A stretch of 64,000 nt of DNA from an uncultured Erysipelotrichaceae bacterium (GTDB lineage: Bacteria; Bacillota_I; Bacilli_A; RF39; UBA660). Both the position numbers and the translations under genes were made by a program. The stretch spans positions 34,727 through 98,726 of the forward strand of contig CADBCT010000001.1 of assembly GCA_902793315.1 (NCBI GenBank), given 5' to 3'. The notes under the pieces were generated by a model. The model searched no databases. It had not been told where the DNA came from and worked only from the letters and a program-made list of their open reading frames with translations. This document shows, one piece after another, positions 59,792 through 64,000 of the stretch (position 1 is its first letter; each line of letters opens with the position of its first letter).

Positions 59792-60376
59792 TTAGCTGTT
59801 TTTATAATTGTTATATTTAACACCCAGTAATTTATAACACAATGGATTAATTACAATACTTTCAATTATTAAAGAACTTAGTATAGGAACTCTTAACTTA
59901 TCGAAATATATAGCTATTACAAAGAAGAGAACTCCTAAAATTAATGAACATATCTTTCTAATAATACGTTTATTTTTGTTTGTTAAAGGTCTTTTTTCAG
60001 TATCACTAGGTGCAAATAATAGGAATGAGGTAATTGCAAAAATAGAAATAATAATTATTAAAGGTAATTTAATAGTAATTTTTAATAATAAAAAAGGTAA
60101 AATATTAAATTGTAAGATGGATGTTATTAAACATTGCCAACTATTTTTAGCATGTACTCCAAAAGCAAAGAATCTCAAAAAATTAAAGAATAAAAGAGTA
60201 ATAATAACTGTATCTAAGTATTTAAAAATAATGCCTATTAATAAAATAATAAGAACTTTAGAAATAGTTAAATAAATTCCTTCTAAGCCATATCTAATTT
60301 TTAATAGTTCATATTCTGTATAATGAGTATTCTTTTTAATAAAGTTATATGTAGTATTAAGAATAAAATTATTCAT
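59792..60376 (-). CDS. agrB: AgrB-like accessory gene regulator protein B (membrane endopeptidase)
   Basis: 194 aa, about 6 TM. Aligns to S. aureus AgrB: LKIRYGLEG/LQVRLGMQV, FAFGVHAKNSWQCLITSIL/HAHGAHAPSSFWCYVESII (catalytic His and Cys), FAPSDTEKRPL/YAPAATKKKPI. Confidence 0.82.
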   Translation of the reverse strand: MNNFILNTTYNFIKKNTHYTEYELLKIRYGLEGIYLTISKVLIILLIGIIFKYLDTVIITLLFFNFLRFFAFGVHAKNSWQCLITSILQFNILPFLLLKITIKLPLIIIISIFAITSFLLFAPSDTEKRPLTNKNKRIIRKICSLILGVLFFVIAIYFDKLRVPILSSLIIESIVINPLCYKLLGVKYNNYKNS

Positions 60377-60602
60377 ACTATCACCAATTAAAATTATAAG
60401 TAAATAATTAATGACAAATAGAAAAATCTATAAATGGTAAAAAAATAATAAATATATCGATTTTTGTCGAAAAAAATCACAAAAAAAGCAAAAAACAATA
60501 CAAAATATACACTTTTAGGAAATTTTTAATATGAATAGTATTGTTTGTTAAAATGAAATAGCCAAAAATAATAATTGGCGGAAGAGAGGTGTAGCATTAG
60601 TG

Positions 60603-60818
60603 ATGACCGGACGCGTGAAATGGTTTAATAATGATAAAGGATATGGATTTATTGGATTTAAAGAAAATGAAGATATCTTTGTTCATTATTCAGCTATAGA
60701 ATTGGATGGATATAAGACATTATCAGAAAATCAATTGGTTGAATTCAAACTAATTGAGACAAGTAAAGGGTATCAAGCTGTCAATGTAAAGTTATTAAAA
60801 GAAACTACTATGGGTTAA
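60603..60818 (+). CDS. cspA: Cold-shock protein (CspA family)
   Basis: MTGRVKWFNNDKGYGFI...VHYSAI has RNP1/RNP2 motifs. GAGAGG RBS. The ORF-track GTG start is one codon upstream. Confidence 0.93.
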   Translation: MTGRVKWFNNDKGYGFIGFKENEDIFVHYSAIELDGYKTLSENQLVEFKLIETSKGYQAVNVKLLKETTMG

Positions 60819-60874
60819 AAAAGTAGTTTTTTTAATTGTGTTGTGCTATACTAAGATTATAAAGGAGGGATAGT

Positions 60875-61411
60875 ATGGAAATTATTATTCATGGAGATAA
60901 GATTAAAGTTACTAAAGCTATGAGTGATTATATTGAAGAAAAGCTAGAAAAATTAGATAAATATCTAGAAAATAGCGATAATGTTCGCGCAAACGTCATA
61001 GTAAAAGTAAAAAATCATGAACAGACAGTAGAAATTACCATACCATTAAAAACAATTATTTTAAGATCAGAAGAAACAAAAGAAGATTTTTATGCATCTG
61101 TTGATAAGACAATTGACAAGTTAGAAAGACAAATAAGAAAGAATAAGACTAGACTAATGGCTAGACAGTCAAAACCTAGTTATGATTTTAATTTTTCAAA
61201 AATAGATTTTGCAGATGAAAAAGAAAAGGAAGAACATAAAATTGTTAAAAGAAAGAGTGTAGAAGTAAAACCAATGAGTGAAGAAGAAGCTATTCTTCAA
61301 ATGGAATTACTAGGACATGAATTCTTTATGTTTAAAGATGCTGATACTGACAATTTCGCAGTAGTATATAAAAGAAAAGATGAGAACTACGGAATTATTG
61401 AATCAGAATAA
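60875..61411 (+). CDS. hpf: Ribosome hibernation promoting factor (long HPF)
   Basis: 178 aa. N-terminal YfiA/RaiA domain (MEIIIHGDKIKVTKAMSDYIEEKLEKLDKY) plus C-terminal dimerisation domain. Extended -10 TGTGCTATACT upstream. Confidence 0.92.
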   Translation: MEIIIHGDKIKVTKAMSDYIEEKLEKLDKYLENSDNVRANVIVKVKNHEQTVEITIPLKTIILRSEETKEDFYASVDKTIDKLERQIRKNKTRLMARQSKPSYDFNFSKIDFADEKEKEEHKIVKRKSVEVKPMSEEEAILQMELLGHEFFMFKDADTDNFAVVYKRKDENYGIIESE

Positions 61412-61416
61412 TTAAT

Positions 61417-61451
61417 AAAAAGAGAATAATACTTTAAATTCTCTTTTTTTT
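61417..61451 (+). terminator. Rho-independent terminator after hpf
   Basis: AAAGAGAAT-AATACTTTAA-ATTCTCTTT followed by T10. Confidence 0.7.
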
Positions 61452-61485
61452 TTGATAAAATAGGTATTTGAAGGAGATGATGCAC

Positions 61486-63975
61486 ATGGGTATATTAAAA
61501 GTATTTGATCATGAGTATCGTGAATTAAAAAGATTTAGAAAAATTGCTGATGAAGTAGTAGCACTAGATGAAGAATATTCTAAATTAACTGATACAGAAT
61601 TACAGAATAAAACAGAAGAATTTAAAGATAGATTAAGAAATGGAGAGACACTTGATGATATCTTAGTAGAAGCATTCGCAACTGCAAGAGAGGCAGCTTT
61701 TCGTGTTATTGGTGAAAAACATTTCTATGTTCAAATATTAGGTGGTTTAGCAATTCATTATGGTAATATTGCTGAAATGAAAACTGGTGAAGGAAAAACT
61801 TTAACGTCAGTTTTACCAGCTTATTTAAATGCTTTAACTGGTGAAGGAGTTCATATAATTACAGTTAATGAATACCTAGCTGGACGTGATGCTGAATGGA
61901 TGGGTGGAATTCATAGATTTTTAGGATTAACTGTTGGAGTTAATAGAAGAGATTTAAGTCCAAAAGAAAAACAAGAACAATATGCTTGTGATATTTTGTA
62001 TTCTACCAATAATGAAATTGGATTTGACTACTTAAGAGATAATATGGTAGTAAGAAGTACTGATAGAGTTCAAAGAAAGCTTAATTTTGCTATTATCGAC
62101 GAGGTTGACTCAGTATTAATTGATGAAGCTAGAACCCCATTAATTATCTCTGGTGGAGAAATGGCTAATTCTAATCTTTATGTTCAAGCAGATAGATATG
62201 CTAAAAGTTTAAAAGAAGATAAAGACTTTATCTATGATGAAAAAACTAAGAGTGTTAATTTAACTGAAAGTGGATCTGATAAAGCTGAAGCTACTTTCCA
62301 TGTTAAAAATCTATATGATATAGATAATGCTAAGCTATTACATTTTATCAATCAAGCATTACGTGCTAATTATTCAATGAAAAATGATGTTGATTATGTA
62401 GTACAAAATGATGAAATAGTTATTGTTGACCAATTTACAGGACGTTTAATGAAAGGTAGAGCTTATTCTGATGGCTTACATCAAGCAATTGAAGCTAAAG
62501 AAGGAGTAACCATCAATGAAGAAACTAAAACAATGGCTACAATTACTTTCCAAAATTTATTTAGAATGTATAAGAAATTATCTGGTATGACTGGTACTGC
62601 TAAAACAGAAGAAGAAGAGTTTAGAAATATTTATAATATGTATGTTGTAGAAATTCCAACCAATAAACCAGTTATCAGAATTGATGCTCCAGATTTAGTA
62701 TATGCTACAAAAGAAGCTAAATATAAAGCAATAATTGCCTTTGTAAAAGAAAGATATGAAAAAGGACAACCAGTACTTATTGGTACTATTGCAATTGAAA
62801 CTAGTGAATTAATTAGTAATTTATTAAAACAAGCTAAAATACCACATGAAATATTAAATGCTAAGAATCATGAAAGAGAAGCAGAAATTATTTCAAAAAT
62901 TGGATTAAATAAATCAGTTACTATTGCTACTAACATGGCTGGTCGTGGAACCGATATTAAGTTATCAGATGAGACAAGAGCTTTAGGTGGATTATGTGTA
63001 GTAGGTACTGAAAGACATGAATCACGTCGTATTGATAATCAGTTACGTGGACGTTCTGGTCGTCAAGGAGACCCTGGATATACTCAATTCTTTGTTTCAA
63101 TGAGAGATGACTTAATGGTTAGATTTGGTTCTGATAGAATTGGTGCTATGATGGAAAATATGGGATTTGGTGATAATTCTATTCAGTCAAAAACATTTAC
63201 TAAATCAGTAGGAACAGCTCAAAAAAGAGTTGAAGGAAACAACTTTGATATTCGTAAAAGCTTACTTCAATATGATGATGTTATGAATAATCAAAGAGAA
63301 ATTATTTATGATAAAAGAAATAAGATTTTAGATAATGAATCTATTCATGAAATGATTTTATCTACTTTCAGACATCATATTGAAGATTTAGTTAATTCAC
63401 ATCTAGCTCCAGAAGGATATTTAACTGAAGAAGACTATGAAGATATCAGAGAGTTTGCTAATGAAAATTTATTAAAGAAAGATTTAAAAAAGAAAGAAAT
63501 AGAAGGATTAGAAGCTCCAGAAATAATTGATTTATTAGCTAAAAAAGTAATTGATGAATATGAAACAAAATTAAAAGAACTTCCTCAAGAAGTAACAGAT
63601 GAATTTGAAAAAGTAATTACTCTTCAAGTATTAGATAATTATTGGATGGAACATATTAATACAATGTCACATTTGAGAGAGGGTATTCATTTACGTGGAT
63701 ATGCCCAAGAAGATCCATTAAGAGCTTATACTATGGAAGGATTTGATATGTTTGATTCAATGTTACAAAAGATTGATAAAGATGTTTCAATTTTGTTATT
63801 AAAAGCAGAAATTAGACAAAACATTGAAAGAGTAGAAAACAAAACTAAAATGATAACAAATGATTCAGAAGAAGCACCTGTCAAAAGAAAGCCTAAAAGG
63901 GTCCAAAAGATAGGTAGAAACGATCCATGTCCATGTGGCTCAGGGAAAAAATACAAACAATGCCATGGTAAGTAG
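61486..63975 (+). CDS. secA: Preprotein translocase ATPase SecA
   Basis: DEAD-like motor domains (MKTGEGKT, DEVDSVLIDEARTPLIISG), preprotein cross-linking domain, C-terminal zinc finger CPCGSGKKYKQCHG. Start at MGILKVFD, 9 nt after AAGGAG. The ORF-track TTG start lies inside the RBS. Confidence 0.95.
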   Translation: MGILKVFDHEYRELKRFRKIADEVVALDEEYSKLTDTELQNKTEEFKDRLRNGETLDDILVEAFATAREAAFRVIGEKHFYVQILGGLAIHYGNIAEMKTGEGKTLTSVLPAYLNALTGEGVHIITVNEYLAGRDAEWMGGIHRFLGLTVGVNRRDLSPKEKQEQYACDILYSTNNEIGFDYLRDNMVVRSTDRVQRKLNFAIIDEVDSVLIDEARTPLIISGGEMANSNLYVQADRYAKSLKEDKDFIYDEKTKSVNLTESGSDKAEATFHVKNLYDIDNAKLLHFINQALRANYSMKNDVDYVVQNDEIVIVDQFTGRLMKGRAYSDGLHQAIEAKEGVTINEETKTMATITFQNLFRMYKKLSGMTGTAKTEEEEFRNIYNMYVVEIPTNKPVIRIDAPDLVYATKEAKYKAIIAFVKERYEKGQPVLIGTIAIETSELISNLLKQAKIPHEILNAKNHEREAEIISKIGLNKSVTIATNMAGRGTDIKLSDETRALGGLCVVGTERHESRRIDNQLRGRSGRQGDPGYTQFFVSMRDDLMVRFGSDRIGAMMENMGFGDNSIQSKTFTKSVGTAQKRVEGNNFDIRKSLLQYDDVMNNQREIIYDKRNKILDNESIHEMILSTFRHHIEDLVNSHLAPEGYLTEEDYEDIREFANENLLKKDLKKKEIEGLEAPEIIDLLAKKVIDEYETKLKELPQEVTDEFEKVITLQVLDNYWMEHINTMSHLREGIHLRGYAQEDPLRAYTMEGFDMFDSMLQKIDKDVSILLLKAEIRQNIERVENKTKMITNDSEEAPVKRKPKRVQKIGRNDPCPCGSGKKYKQCHGK

Positions 63976-64000
63976 TTGATTTTATGCGGGTTTGCGAGGA

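Noticed and set aside
60377-60600. Small peptide gene, or clear LytTR box pair, in the agrB-cspA divergent intergenic region
   Set aside because: The only plus-strand ATG gives MNSIVC-stop (6 aa). Several T-rich direct repeats such as TTGTTTGTT are present, but I could not identify a convincing pair of 9-bp LytTR repeats with 12-13-bp spacing by eye. Left for computational search.
61468-61485. ORF-track start of secA (MKEMMHM...)
   Set aside because: The proposed TTG start and first ATGs lie inside or immediately after the AAGGAG Shine-Dalgarno sequence. The ATG at 61486 has 9-nt spacing and gives the conserved MGILKVFD N-terminus.

Overview
The window is an AT-rich chromosomal replication-origin region of a low-GC Firmicute. 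Gene order closely follows the Bacillus subtilis oriC neighbourhood. On the minus strand: recR(partial)-ybaB-dnaX-tadA-(SRP RNA)-[parS/NBS repeat array]-gyrA-gyrB-recF-comK-dnaN-dnaA. After a strand switch at about 12.0-12.3 kb, on the plus strand: rpmH-rnpA-yidC-jag-mnmE-mnmG-rsmG-noc-soj-spo0J-mscS-DUF951-[abgT/araC-like/virD4-like insertion]-ychF-pgeF-like, then rpsF-ssb-rpsR-...-DHH-rplI-dnaB(helicase)-M23-MBL-rlmH-HAD-ung, and further housekeeping genes (pta, pbp1A, argS, rpoE, prfA, prmC, spoIIR, mntP, fba, murA, rpmE, rpiB, mreB, tagO). The window ends with an agr-type quorum-sensing locus, cspA, hpf and secA. I found no rRNA, tRNA, CRISPR, IS elements or integrases. Four items are not explained by the ORF track. 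(1) A 62-bp-period tandem array between gyrA and tadA in which every unit carries a perfect Spo0J/ParB parS 16-mer and a near-consensus Noc-binding-site palindrome. (2) An unannotated 40-aa AgrD-like autoinducing-peptide precursor between a LytTR regulator/HPK10 kinase pair and a convergent agrB. (3) A small SRP RNA hidden in the false 5' extension of the tadA ORF. (4) A ComK-family regulator inserted between recF and dnaN.
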